Shown: in pieces, positions 9,117 to 18,280 of the stretch | Layout: each line of letters begins with the position of its first letter | Position numbering within the stretch: position 1 is the first letter of the stretch | Source: an uncultured Candidatus Actinomarina sp. | Lineage (GTDB): Bacteria; Actinomycetota; Acidimicrobiia; Actinomarinales; Actinomarinaceae | Reading direction: 5' to 3' | DNA length: 64,000 nucleotides | NCBI GenBank assembly: GCA_902593475.1 | Contig: CACJIM010000001.1 | Coordinates: 18,531 to 82,530, forward strand | Position numbers and translations under genes: made by a program | The notes under the pieces: model-generated | Database searches by the model: none | What the model was told of the DNA's origin: nothing | Seen by the model: the letters and a program-made list of their open reading frames with translations, nothing else

Positions 9117-10719
9117 CTTTTACATTTTCATCAAAAAATTTTATTTCTTTTGATGCAGCTATAAATGAATTGAACATAGGTGCTGGGTCCCATGGCCTTG
9201 ATTTAAATTCAGGATGAAATTGCGAAGCTACAAAGTATGGATGATCTTTTAGTTCAATCATTTCAACTAAATCTTCATCAGGTGATAATCCACTAAATAC
9301 TAATCCTTTAGATTCCAATTCATTTCTGAACTTATTATTTACTTCGTATCTATGCCTATGACGTTCATAGATTATTTCATTGTTATATATATCTTTAGTC
9401 ATAGTGTCTGGTTGAATTTTACAAGGATAAGTCCCAAGTCTCATAGATGCACCGACATCATCTGCTTCTAAATCTTGATTAGGTAATAAATCTATTACAG
9501 GATTTTTTGTAGTTTGAGAAAACTCTGTAGAATTTGCATCTGATATACCACATACATTGCGCGCAAACTCAATTACAGCACACTGTAGACCTAAACAAAT
9601 TCCAAGAAAAGGTATTTTATTTTTTCTTAGATACTCGATTGCACCTATTTTTCCTTCAATTCCTCTGTAGCCAAAACCTCCAGGAACTACTACACCATTT
9701 AAATTTTTAAGATCTTCAATTTCATAGTTATCTGCATCTATCCAAACTAAATCTAAATTTACTTTATTTTGAAGACAAGAGTGCTTTAAAGCTTCTACGA
9801 CTGACATGTAGCTATCGGGTAAACCAAAATATTTTCCGAGAATTGCTATTTTAACATTTTTATTAACACCATTTTTTAATGAAAGCATTTCATTCCACCT
9901 TGATAAATCAGGTGAATCAGAATTTAATGCTAAACGTTTATCAACAGCTGCATCTAAACCCTCTTCATACATTTTGATAGGAACATCGTAAATATCATCT
10001 AGATCCGGTGCGTTAATAACATTTTCAAAACTAACGTCACAAAATAGTGATACTTTACTTTTTATTTCATCAGTTAACTCTTGCTCAGATCTCAAAACTA
10101 TTAAATCTGGACTTATACCATAGCTTCTTAACATTGATACTGAGTGTTGTGTTGGTTTTGTTTTAAGTTCTGTACTTGGTCCAATAAAAGGTACGAGAGT
10201 AACATGAACGAACATTACATTTTCTTGACCAAACTCTTTTCTAATTTGTCTTGCTGCTTCTAGAAAAGGTAGTATCTCGATATCGCCGACTGTGCCTCCT
10301 ATTTCAGTAATTTGCAAATCTACTTCATTGGATATTCCTTTAATCCTTCTTTTAATTTCATCTGTAATATGAGGTATAACTTGGACAGTTGCACCAAGAT
10401 AGTCACCTTTTCGCTCTCTTTCAATTACTTTTCTGTAAATGCTTCCAGTTGTAACATTTGCATCTTTTCTTAAATTAACTCCGGTAAATCTTTCATAATG
10501 TCCTAAATCTAAATCTGTTGTAGCTCCATCTTCAGTAACAAAAACTTCTCCATGCTGAAACGGATTCATTGTGTCTGGATCCACATTAATATAAGGATCT
10601 AATTTTTGATTTACAATTGATAAACCTCTAGCTTTGAGCAGGTTTCCTAGAGACGCAGAAGTAATCCCTTTGCCAAGACCAGAGACTACACCGCCAGTGA
10701 CAAATATGTATTTGGTCAC
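9094..10719 (-). CDS. pyrG: CTP synthase.
   Basis: N-terminus MTKYIFVTGGVVSGLGKGI and glutaminase domain GICLGLQ ... HRHRYEVN. Confidence 0.95.
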   Translation of the reverse strand: MTKYIFVTGGVVSGLGKGITSASLGNLLKARGLSIVNQKLDPYINVDPDTMNPFQHGEVFVTEDGATTDLDLGHYERFTGVNLRKDANVTTGSIYRKVIERERKGDYLGATVQVIPHITDEIKRRIKGISNEVDLQITEIGGTVGDIEILPFLEAARQIRKEFGQENVMFVHVTLVPFIGPSTELKTKPTQHSVSMLRSYGISPDLIVLRSEQELTDEIKSKVSLFCDVSFENVINAPDLDDIYDVPIKMYEEGLDAAVDKRLALNSDSPDLSRWNEMLSLKNGVNKNVKIAILGKYFGLPDSYMSVVEALKHSCLQNKVNLDLVWIDADNYEIEDLKNLNGVVVPGGFGYRGIEGKIGAIEYLRKNKIPFLGICLGLQCAVIEFARNVCGISDANSTEFSQTTKNPVIDLLPNQDLEADDVGASMRLGTYPCKIQPDTMTKDIYNNEIIYERHRHRYEVNNKFRNELESKGLVFSGLSPDEDLVEMIELKDHPYFVASQFHPEFKSRPWDPAPMFNSFIAASKEIKFFDENVKDEHKVKD

Positions 10720-10756
10720 GTCAAAATAATAACAGGTTTATTTTTATTGTGAAGAA

Positions 10757-11554
10757 CTATCTAAGTATTTGGTTTAAAAAGTGATCTAGTTTAGGCTTAT
10801 TGCTTTCTTCTAAAACTTTTAGTGCATTATCTGATAATTTATAAGTAAAGGATAGGTCGTTGGGTTCGTAACATTGTTGTAATTCATTTCCATCAAACTG
10901 GACAGAGAAATCTTGATTCTTCTGAACAATAATTTTTACTTCAGAACGTTTATCTAAAACAATTGATCTTGGAAATTTTGTAAATGGAGATATAGGAGTA
11001 ATTATTAATGAATCAATACTAGTTTGCACTATAGGACCTCCTGCAGAATAATTGTAGGCAGTAGAACCCATGGAAGTAGAAATTATAATTCCATCAGCTC
11101 TCAACTTTACATCTTGATCATATGTTTCTATTTGAATATCTAACATACGTGTTGGAGAGTTCTTTATTAAAACTATTTCATTAAATGCTGGTTCTTGTTC
11201 ATCATTATTTTGAATAATAGGAACTCTTTTCTTGAAGTTGATAAAATCACTTTTTACTAATTTCTGTAAATTAATGGTTTCGAATGAATTTACTAAGTAA
11301 CCAACTCTGCCAGAACCAAGATTTAAAACAGGTACAGAGTTAGTCCATCCTAGTTTCATAGCTTTAAGAGCTGTTCCATCACCCCCTATACTTATTATTA
11401 AATTAAAAGCATCTTTGGATGTATTTTCATAACTCTTGTCTTCAAGAATTAATTTCTCATAACTTATTTTTTGATTATCTAAATACTGTAGAAAATCAAC
11501 AGCTTGTTTGGATTTAAGATATTTTTTTGAAGAAACAATTGCCAACTTAACCAT
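10757..11554 (-). CDS. nadK: NAD kinase.
   Basis: GGDGT motif and the later STAYNYSAGGPIV motif. Confidence 0.85.
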   Translation of the reverse strand: MVKLAIVSSKKYLKSKQAVDFLQYLDNQKISYEKLILEDKSYENTSKDAFNLIISIGGDGTALKAMKLGWTNSVPVLNLGSGRVGYLVNSFETINLQKLVKSDFINFKKRVPIIQNNDEQEPAFNEIVLIKNSPTRMLDIQIETYDQDVKLRADGIIISTSMGSTAYNYSAGGPIVQTSIDSLIITPISPFTKFPRSIVLDKRSEVKIIVQKNQDFSVQFDGNELQQCYEPNDLSFTYKLSDNALKVLEESNKPKLDHFLNQILR

Positions 11555-11567
11555 AAATACATTATAG

Positions 11568-12296
11568 GTGACTTATAATGTTCATAAAGTGATACCTATA
11601 TCAGATATAAATCCTGCAAGAAATACACCTGTTATTTCCAGAGTATTTATGATTTCAACAGTTTTGGTTTTTATATTGATACAACCAAAAAACCAAATTG
11701 AGTTAATTAATTTCTTTTATCAATACTCAGCGATTCCATGTGAACTTGTCAATTTTGCTCCATTATCAGAATCACAATTTTATAATAACAGTTGCTTTTA
11801 TGATCAATTCAAAGTGATCTTTCCAAGCAAGAATTTATATTTAAGTGTTATTTTTGCAAATTTGTTTCATGCAAACTTTTTACATATATTAGGAAATTTA
11901 TGGAGTTTTTGGATTTTTGGAAATAATGTTGAAGACAAACTTGGTAAATTAAAATATCTATTCTTTCTTTTATTAATAGGTGTAATAAGTATTGTTTCTC
12001 ATACTTTTCTAAACCAAGAAAGTTTAATTCCTATAGTAGGAGCATCTGGAATAGTTTCTGGATTAATGGGTGCTTACGTTTATATGTTTCCTAATGCAAG
12101 GTTATTAGTTCTAGTCCCATTTGGTTTCTTGTTTCCAACTACAATCAAAGCTAAATTTTTTATGATTTTCTGGTTTATTTCTCAAATATTTATTGCACTA
12201 GGTGATCAAAATATTTCCTGGGAAGCACATGTGGGTGGATTTATATTTGGTTATCTTTTATTAAGATTGTTCAGTAAGAAAAGGTACGACATCTGA
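11568..12296 (+). CDS. Rhomboid-family intramembrane serine protease.
   Basis: HILGNLWSFWIFGNNVE, catalytic GASGIVSGLMGAY, and a downstream His (AHVGGF). Start uncertain: GTG at 11568 or GTG at 11589. Confidence 0.85.
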   Translation: MTYNVHKVIPISDINPARNTPVISRVFMISTVLVFILIQPKNQIELINFFYQYSAIPCELVNFAPLSESQFYNNSCFYDQFKVIFPSKNLYLSVIFANLFHANFLHILGNLWSFWIFGNNVEDKLGKLKYLFFLLLIGVISIVSHTFLNQESLIPIVGASGIVSGLMGAYVYMFPNARLLVLVPFGFLFPTTIKAKFFMIFWFISQIFIALGDQNISWEAHVGGFIFGYLLLRLFSKKRYDI

Positions 12297-13013
12297 AAAT
12301 TTATTAAGTTGTATATCAGCAATATTGACATCTAAATAATTTTTGATACCTGAGGACACTAAAAATGTTTTTGCATTCAAATTTTTTCCGAAAATAATAT
12401 CTGTGTCAACCCTATCTCCTATTACAAAATTTACAGTTATTCTGTTTTGAATAAAATATGAACTGTAGTGATTACCAGATTTGCCTAAAGTAGGAATGCT
12501 AATTGACAATTCATCTTCTATGATCTTTACAACTGCTCCATTCCCAGCTTTTTCACCAAACTCAGTTGGAAATGTAAGATCCTTATTTAGGCTCAATATA
12601 TTTTTACCTATACTTACACTTTTAATAATCTCATTTATTTCTGAAAAATTGTTTTCTTCTTTACGACCTATCAGGACTAATTCTGCATTTTCAAGACTTG
12701 TAACATTCATATTCAAATTTTTTATATATTTTTTTAAATTTTCTGATCCGTAAATAAAAATATTTAATTTATCGTCTGAGTACAGATTTTGAAAAATTAC
12801 TAATGGTGTAATAATTTTTGATATATCTATATCAAATTGGAGTAAATTTTCAAGCTTATCTTTTATTTCACTAGGAGTTTGAGAACTATTATTTGTTGTA
12901 TAGTATATTTCAATATCTTCATTAATAATTTTCAGTAAACCTTCTTTAACTCCATCAATTAAAGTTTGTCCTTTGAATATAGTTCCATCAAGGTCTGTAG
13001 CGATTATGCTCAC
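12261..13013 (-). CDS. HAD-superfamily hydrolase, subfamily IIA (NagD-like phosphatase).
   Basis: The DLDGT nucleophile motif (IATDLDGTIF), a TNNS motif, and the C-terminal GDRVDTDI motif. Confidence 0.75.
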   Translation of the reverse strand: MSIIATDLDGTIFKGQTLIDGVKEGLLKIINEDIEIYYTTNNSSQTPSEIKDKLENLLQFDIDISKIITPLVIFQNLYSDDKLNIFIYGSENLKKYIKNLNMNVTSLENAELVLIGRKEENNFSEINEIIKSVSIGKNILSLNKDLTFPTEFGEKAGNGAVVKIIEDELSISIPTLGKSGNHYSSYFIQNRITVNFVIGDRVDTDIIFGKNLNAKTFLVSSGIKNYLDVNIADIQLNKFSDVVPFLTEQS

Positions 13014-13431
13014 GTTTTTCTTCCATTAATAAAACTCTTGCTGTTATTCCACTAGCTTCATAAAAATTCTTTGCAACTCTATCGCTTGGGAGGGTAATTG
13101 TTCTTAATGTGGATTGAATTGTTTCAACATAATCTCTTATACAATTAAGTAGAAAAGTACCCAATGAAAGTTCTCTAAATTCATCTTTTACAAATATTTC
13201 CGTGAGGAGCGAATATTCCTTATCTTGATACAATTTTGCATAACCAATAGGCACCTTTTCGCATAAAAGTAAAAAATTTTTAGATTCATTTAATTCTATA
13301 TTTGAATAATAATTCAATAAATTTTCGTCAATATTTGACATTCTTTGAAAAAATGATTCAGACAACTGATTAGGAATTTCTACATCAGTCTCAACAATAA
13401 AAGTGAAACCTAAATCATTATGCTTATGCAC
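12988..13431 (-). CDS. GNAT-family N-acetyltransferase (probable).
   Basis: About 147 aa with a motif-A-like FRELSLGTFLL and fold-typical spacing. No closer assignment is possible. Confidence 0.5.
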   Translation of the reverse strand: MHKHNDLGFTFIVETDVEIPNQLSESFFQRMSNIDENLLNYYSNIELNESKNFLLLCEKVPIGYAKLYQDKEYSLLTEIFVKDEFRELSLGTFLLNCIRDYVETIQSTLRTITLPSDRVAKNFYEASGITARVLLMEEKREHNRYRP

Positions 13432-13783
13432 AATCAGCGCATACTTTTGATCTTGGTTTTGCTAATTGAGTATTTCTTAACACTAAAAAACAAACAGAAC
13501 ATGTAAACTCGTCATCTTTTTTATCATCAGCAATTTCATCTAGTTTTAAATCTGAGCTTTTTACATTTCTTTTTTCTGCAGCATCAACAGACATAAAAGA
13601 TCCTTCGGCTTCATCTGCATCATCTACCGATTTTTTTTCAGTTTCTACTCTTGCTTCTAGAGATTCTGTTTCTACTTCCTCTTTTTCCTCTTCTTCTGGT
13701 GGAGTTTCAATCTCTTCAATATCTTCTTCTTCTAGGTCTTCTAGCGTAGGTTCTTCTAATTCTTCAGTTTCTTTTTTAGCCAT
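13424..13783 (-). CDS. Acidic small protein with a C-terminal zinc ribbon (DUF4193-like).
   Basis: Glu/Asp-rich N-terminal half. C-terminus FTCSVCFLVLRNTQLAKPRSKVCADCA (CxxC...CxxC). Confidence 0.55.
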   Translation of the reverse strand: MAKKETEELEEPTLEDLEEEDIEEIETPPEEEEKEEVETESLEARVETEKKSVDDADEAEGSFMSVDAAEKRNVKSSDLKLDEIADDKKDDEFTCSVCFLVLRNTQLAKPRSKVCADCA

Positions 13784-13810
13784 ATAACTCCTAACTTGCC
13801 TTAAATATTA

Positions 13811-14686
13811 CTAAATTTTAAAACGTATGGCAGAATTTTCAATAAATATATTGGCTGGACCGCTTGCAAAGTAATCACCATCAATCTCTATTGGTTCATT
13901 GCTTTTTAATTCAATTTTTGAAGCTTTTCTAACAATTACATCAGGTTCCTTAAGGTGTAAACCCTTTTGAGCTAAAAAAAATATCTTCATTGCTTTAAGT
14001 TTTGATACTGCAAAAATTTGTACATTAAACTTACCATCTTGCAAGCTAGACTTTGGTGAAATATTCCAGCCTCCACCAAAATATTGTGCATTGCATACAC
14101 ATATGTTGAAAGCATTATTGTTAAATTCGAAATTTCCTAAATTTAAAGATATTTTTTTTGCTTTAGCAAAAAATATTTTAATCCAAAAGCTAATAGGATA
14201 TCTGAACCTTCGTATTATTTTAGGCATCTTTTCACTTACTTCTACAGAGGAAGCCAAAAATCCAATATTTAAAACATTTATAAAATATTTAGATTTATTT
14301 TCAGCTTCGACTCTTCCGACATCGACCTCATAATAAGAATCTGTAGTTAAGTGATTTATAGTTTCTTCAATATTTTGTGGAAGTGCAAATGTTCTAATAA
14401 AATCAGATCCGCTGCCAGCAGGTAGGCAAGCAACTTCTGGATTTTTAATACCATTATTCATCAAAGCATTAATCAATGAATTTAAACTTCCATCTCCCCC
14501 GATAGCACAATATTGAAATTTGTTACTATCTGAATACTCAAACACAACGTTATTGAGTTCATTGATTGTTGAAGTTGAAAAGTATTTAAAAGGAATGTTC
14601 TTACTTTTAAATAAATCTTCAATGTATTCTTGTGAAAGATTTTTTCCTCTTGAATTAAGGTTATGAATTACAATGTATGTTTTCAT
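13811..14686 (-). CDS. Diacylglycerol/lipid kinase family protein (YegS/DagK-like).
   Basis: DAGK catalytic-domain GGDGSLN motif and N-terminal NxxSRG. Confidence 0.75.
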   Translation of the reverse strand: MKTYIVIHNLNSRGKNLSQEYIEDLFKSKNIPFKYFSTSTINELNNVVFEYSDSNKFQYCAIGGDGSLNSLINALMNNGIKNPEVACLPAGSGSDFIRTFALPQNIEETINHLTTDSYYEVDVGRVEAENKSKYFINVLNIGFLASSVEVSEKMPKIIRRFRYPISFWIKIFFAKAKKISLNLGNFEFNNNAFNICVCNAQYFGGGWNISPKSSLQDGKFNVQIFAVSKLKAMKIFFLAQKGLHLKEPDVIVRKASKIELKSNEPIEIDGDYFASGPANIFIENSAIRFKI

Positions 14687-16548
14687 GACATAGTTTTTTG
14701 TATCAAATTATTATCAAAGATTTTATTTATATCTTCAAAGCTATCGTCTTCATAAATAATTGACAATTTTTTTGATATTTCAGATGCTTCTTTTGCTACC
14801 TTTATAAAATCACCAATATTCAAATTAAATTTATTTATTACGTATTCAATATTTCCAGATTTCATATATTCATAAAATACACTAAACCAAGATAAATTAA
14901 TTTGTGTAGGTTTTTTAATACCATGCGAGTATTCAATTTTGTTAACTTTCTCTATAGATGAATAAAATTTATTAAATAAATGATTAAATTCATCCTTAAG
15001 AGTAAATTCTAGTTTTTCATTACTTATTCCTGATGAAACATACATTAATTTCATTTCAATATCCTGATTATTAATTGTATGGTACAAATGAATTGCTGGA
15101 ATTAGATTATCTCTATAAGTTTCCTTTAAAACTTTACCTTTTATTGAGTCAATAAATCCCAGGTCTTTCAAAACATTGTGCTTTCCTTTAAACAATTCCT
15201 CTAACTTCTCAGTTTTAAACATATTTTGATAAGCAAAAAAACTTTTTTCCAATAGTTCGATTGATTCCTCCATACTGTAAATATTTAACAAGCTCAATAT
15301 AGATGAATAACTAACGGAAAATGCTGAATTTAAATTGCTGGGTTTGAGTGTAAATAGATTACTATACCAGTCCTTATTTATGCTTCTATCATATGATAAG
15401 AAGGCATATCCCATGTCATCTATACCCCTTCTCCCAGCTCGGCCACTAAGTTGCAAAAATTCCGACTGAGTAATTGGTCTGGTTTTTATCCCATCATATT
15501 TGTGCAATCTATCAATAAAGATAGCTTTAGCAGGCATATTAATTCCTAAAGCTAATGTTTCAGTGGCAAAAAGAAATTTTATATATTTATTTAAAAATAA
15601 ATATTCTACAAATTCTTTAACTATTGGTGCTAAACCAGCGTGATGATATCCTACACCTCTTGACCACATCCACATATGTTCATCAAGGTTAAGAAGTGCT
15701 AACTCTTCAGTTGTTAGATCACCAAATACTTCATCATATTTGTCCTTAATTTCAACCCTATTCTCAATTAATTTAAAATTATTAGATAATTGTCTTGCGC
15801 TTGATTCAACCTTTTCTCTTGAAAAGTAAAAAAATATGACTGGTAATAAATTTCTAGAATTTAAATATAATGCTTGTTCTCTTAAATTAGGTTTATTAAA
15901 TTGCGAATTTTTTTTCTCAATTTTAAATATATTTTTGTTTTTTTTATCTTTTGTTGATTTAATTATTTTTAAGTCTCTACTCGACTTGGAACTTGCAACT
16001 AAAGATATTTCTAAAGGAATAGGTCTTGTACTTGAGTGAATTAATGAGGTTGTTCCCCTTAATGAAACTAACCATTCTAAAAATTCATTTTTATTGTTAA
16101 TGGTTGCTGAAAGAGAAAGAAATTTTATATCTTTTTTTGCGTGAATCAATATTTCCTCCCACGTTGTTCCCCTTTCTTTGTCAGCTAGATAATGCACTTC
16201 ATCTAATATAATTAAACCTGTATCGTTTAACTTACTGTCTTTGCTAAAAATCATATTTCTTAATATTTCTGTAGTTGCTATAACTAATTCTGCATCTTTA
16301 TCTATACTTCTATCTCCTGTAAGCAGTCCAGTCCTTATTCCTTGCCTATTAAAATCATTGTATTTTTGGTTAGAAAGTGCCTTTATGGGTGTTGTGTAGA
16401 AAATATTTTTTTGTTTTGATAAGTAATAATCAATTGATTTTTCGGCAATGTATGTTTTTCCTGAGCCTGTAGGTGCAACAACTAGTACATTGCTCCCTTT
16501 TTTTACATCATTAATTGCATCAATTTGAAATTTGTCAGGAGTAAACAT
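14683..16548 (-). CDS. helY: Superfamily-2 DEAD/DEAH-box helicase, short Ski2/HelY-like.
   Basis: Motif I APTGSGKT, motif II LDEVHY, motif III SAT, motif VI QLSGRAGRRG. Lies downstream of tatC as mycobacterial helY does. At 621 aa it is clearly shorter than typical HelY. Confidence 0.75.
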   Translation of the reverse strand: MFTPDKFQIDAINDVKKGSNVLVVAPTGSGKTYIAEKSIDYYLSKQKNIFYTTPIKALSNQKYNDFNRQGIRTGLLTGDRSIDKDAELVIATTEILRNMIFSKDSKLNDTGLIILDEVHYLADKERGTTWEEILIHAKKDIKFLSLSATINNKNEFLEWLVSLRGTTSLIHSSTRPIPLEISLVASSKSSRDLKIIKSTKDKKNKNIFKIEKKNSQFNKPNLREQALYLNSRNLLPVIFFYFSREKVESSARQLSNNFKLIENRVEIKDKYDEVFGDLTTEELALLNLDEHMWMWSRGVGYHHAGLAPIVKEFVEYLFLNKYIKFLFATETLALGINMPAKAIFIDRLHKYDGIKTRPITQSEFLQLSGRAGRRGIDDMGYAFLSYDRSINKDWYSNLFTLKPSNLNSAFSVSYSSILSLLNIYSMEESIELLEKSFFAYQNMFKTEKLEELFKGKHNVLKDLGFIDSIKGKVLKETYRDNLIPAIHLYHTINNQDIEMKLMYVSSGISNEKLEFTLKDEFNHLFNKFYSSIEKVNKIEYSHGIKKPTQINLSWFSVFYEYMKSGNIEYVINKFNLNIGDFIKVAKEASEISKKLSIIYEDDSFEDINKIFDNNLIQKTMS

Positions 16549-16554
16549 TGTTTT

Positions 16555-17277
16555 TTAATTATTCTTACTTAAATACAAAACCAACTCAATGAGCATATAT
16601 AAAGGTATTGTAAATATAAATAGTGTTACAGGGTCGCCTGTAGGTGTAATAATTGCAGAAAAAATTAATACGACTACAAATATTTCTTTTCTATTATCTG
16701 TAAAAATATTCCTACTAATGATGCCTCTTTTAATTAAAAAATAAATTACTAATGGTGTTTGAAATGAAATACCAAATAAAATTGAGATCCTAGAAATCAG
16801 TTGAAAATAATTTTGTGTTCTTAAAATGAAATCTGATTCATTAAATGATAATAAAAAATCTATACCTATAGGCAGTGTTTTGTATGCTGAAAAAATACCA
16901 AGATAAAATAAAGATATAAAAGCAATCAAATACAATATAAAAAGTTTATGAGTTAGTTTTTCAAAAGCAGGTTTGAAAAAATATCCAATTATAAAAATAA
17001 TAATTGGAAGGGATAATGCTATTGATACAAAAAATGTATTTAAAACTTTAACTTGGAAACCTTCATATATTGTAAAAGCAACGAGTTCGTCCATTGAGTA
17101 TCCAGCATTCAATAATGGAGAAGTTAGTATTTCATAAATTGAGCCGTAATTTATATAAACAATTGTGAAAAATATTGAAACTATAAATAGAGAAATTAAT
17201 ATTCTATAATTTAATTCTTTAAAGTGTTCAAAAAATTTTTTATTATCCAAAATTATTCCTCTTCTAACCAGACCCAT
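16555..17277 (-). CDS. tatC: Twin-arginine translocase subunit TatC.
   Basis: Six-TM profile, conserved PTGDP-type segment (ITPTGDPVT), and synteny. Confidence 0.85.
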   Translation of the reverse strand: MGLVRRGIILDNKKFFEHFKELNYRILISLFIVSIFFTIVYINYGSIYEILTSPLLNAGYSMDELVAFTIYEGFQVKVLNTFFVSIALSLPIIIFIIGYFFKPAFEKLTHKLFILYLIAFISLFYLGIFSAYKTLPIGIDFLLSFNESDFILRTQNYFQLISRISILFGISFQTPLVIYFLIKRGIISRNIFTDNRKEIFVVVLIFSAIITPTGDPVTLFIFTIPLYMLIELVLYLSKNN

Positions 17278-17423
17278 TTTTGTTCTATTGTTTCATCGCC
17301 AATAACTTTTCTAACTTGATCAGAATTAGAACTATTGAATACACGAAAAATTTTTCCTATTTTATCTTTATCTAGAATGCCTAGTGATATAAAAATTATT
17401 ATTGTAAGTTCAATTAAACTCAT
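17253..17423 (-). CDS. tatA: TatA/E-like small membrane protein, 56 aa (not in the ORF track).
   Basis: My translation: MSLIELTIIIFISLGILDKDKIGKIFRVFNSSNSDQVRKVIGDETIEQKWVWLEEE. It has an N-terminal TM helix, a Gly hinge, then a basic amphipathic stretch and an acidic tail. Its ATG overlaps the upstream TGA (ATGA at 17420-17423) and its 3' end overlaps tatC by 25 nt. It occupies the pafC-tatA-tatC position. Confidence 0.55.
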   Translation of the reverse strand: MSLIELTIIIFISLGILDKDKIGKIFRVFNSSNSDQVRKVIGDETIEQKWVWLEEE

Positions 17424-18280
17424 ATCTTCAACTTCTTTTTTAATTTATCGTTTCTATTTTTTAATTCATTTGTTATAAATTGTGGAGAGATAATATCAAT
17501 ATTCTCATAGTTTTTGATGGCAAAATTTATAGCGTTTAATTCTGAATAAAATTTTGCTTCTACGTGCTTATTTTTTAATTGATAATCATCTTTGTTTATA
17601 TCTGTAAGAACCTTTTCATTTAAATATGTGAACTTCATTACAACCTCCATATTATTAGATTTTTTACTTTCTCTAAAGTCTTCAATAGATAATGAATTAA
17701 CAATTCTATTAATTAAAAACGTTTTTGATTTTTCTTCGTTTAAATCAATTGCTTCTAAAACAATACCATCAGTATTAGTTGTCAATAAGATTGGTTGTAT
17801 TCTATAGAAAGTTTCTTCTGTTGAACCGAGTTTTATATATGAGATTATGTTTTCCTCAAAAAATGTTAAGTTTTCAAAAACACCATCATTACTCTCATCT
17901 AATATTTCTAAATTAAAATATGGACTAACTACATTATAAAATTCTTCAATATCACTGTTATTTTTAACCAACTCTTTAAAAATTGAATTTGAAGTTAATA
18001 AAAAGATTAAATTAAATAACTCTCCATCGTTAATCTGAATTATATTTTTTAAAGAAGGATTAAAGTTAAACAATAGTTCCTGATTTTTATCATCATATTC
18101 ATAGTCAATCAATAGTTCACCTTGTTGTGAATAAATATCAGTGATTACTGACAATATATAAAATAAATCTTTTTCACTTATATTTAATTTTTGAACAAGT
18201 TTATTTATATTCCATTTTTCTTTATTTTGAATCAAAGAAAGAGCGCTCATAACTAACTGGAGATCAATTTTTTTTGACAT
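17420..18280 (-). CDS. pafC: WYL-domain transcriptional regulator, PafC-like.
   Basis: N-terminal HTH-like segment and central WYL-type domain. Paired with, and overlapping, a second paralogous regulator upstream of tatA/tatC. Confidence 0.55.
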   Translation of the reverse strand: MSKKIDLQLVMSALSLIQNKEKWNINKLVQKLNISEKDLFYILSVITDIYSQQGELLIDYEYDDKNQELLFNFNPSLKNIIQINDGELFNLIFLLTSNSIFKELVKNNSDIEEFYNVVSPYFNLEILDESNDGVFENLTFFEENIISYIKLGSTEETFYRIQPILLTTNTDGIVLEAIDLNEEKSKTFLINRIVNSLSIEDFRESKKSNNMEVVMKFTYLNEKVLTDINKDDYQLKNKHVEAKFYSELNAINFAIKNYENIDIISPQFITNELKNRNDKLKKKLKI

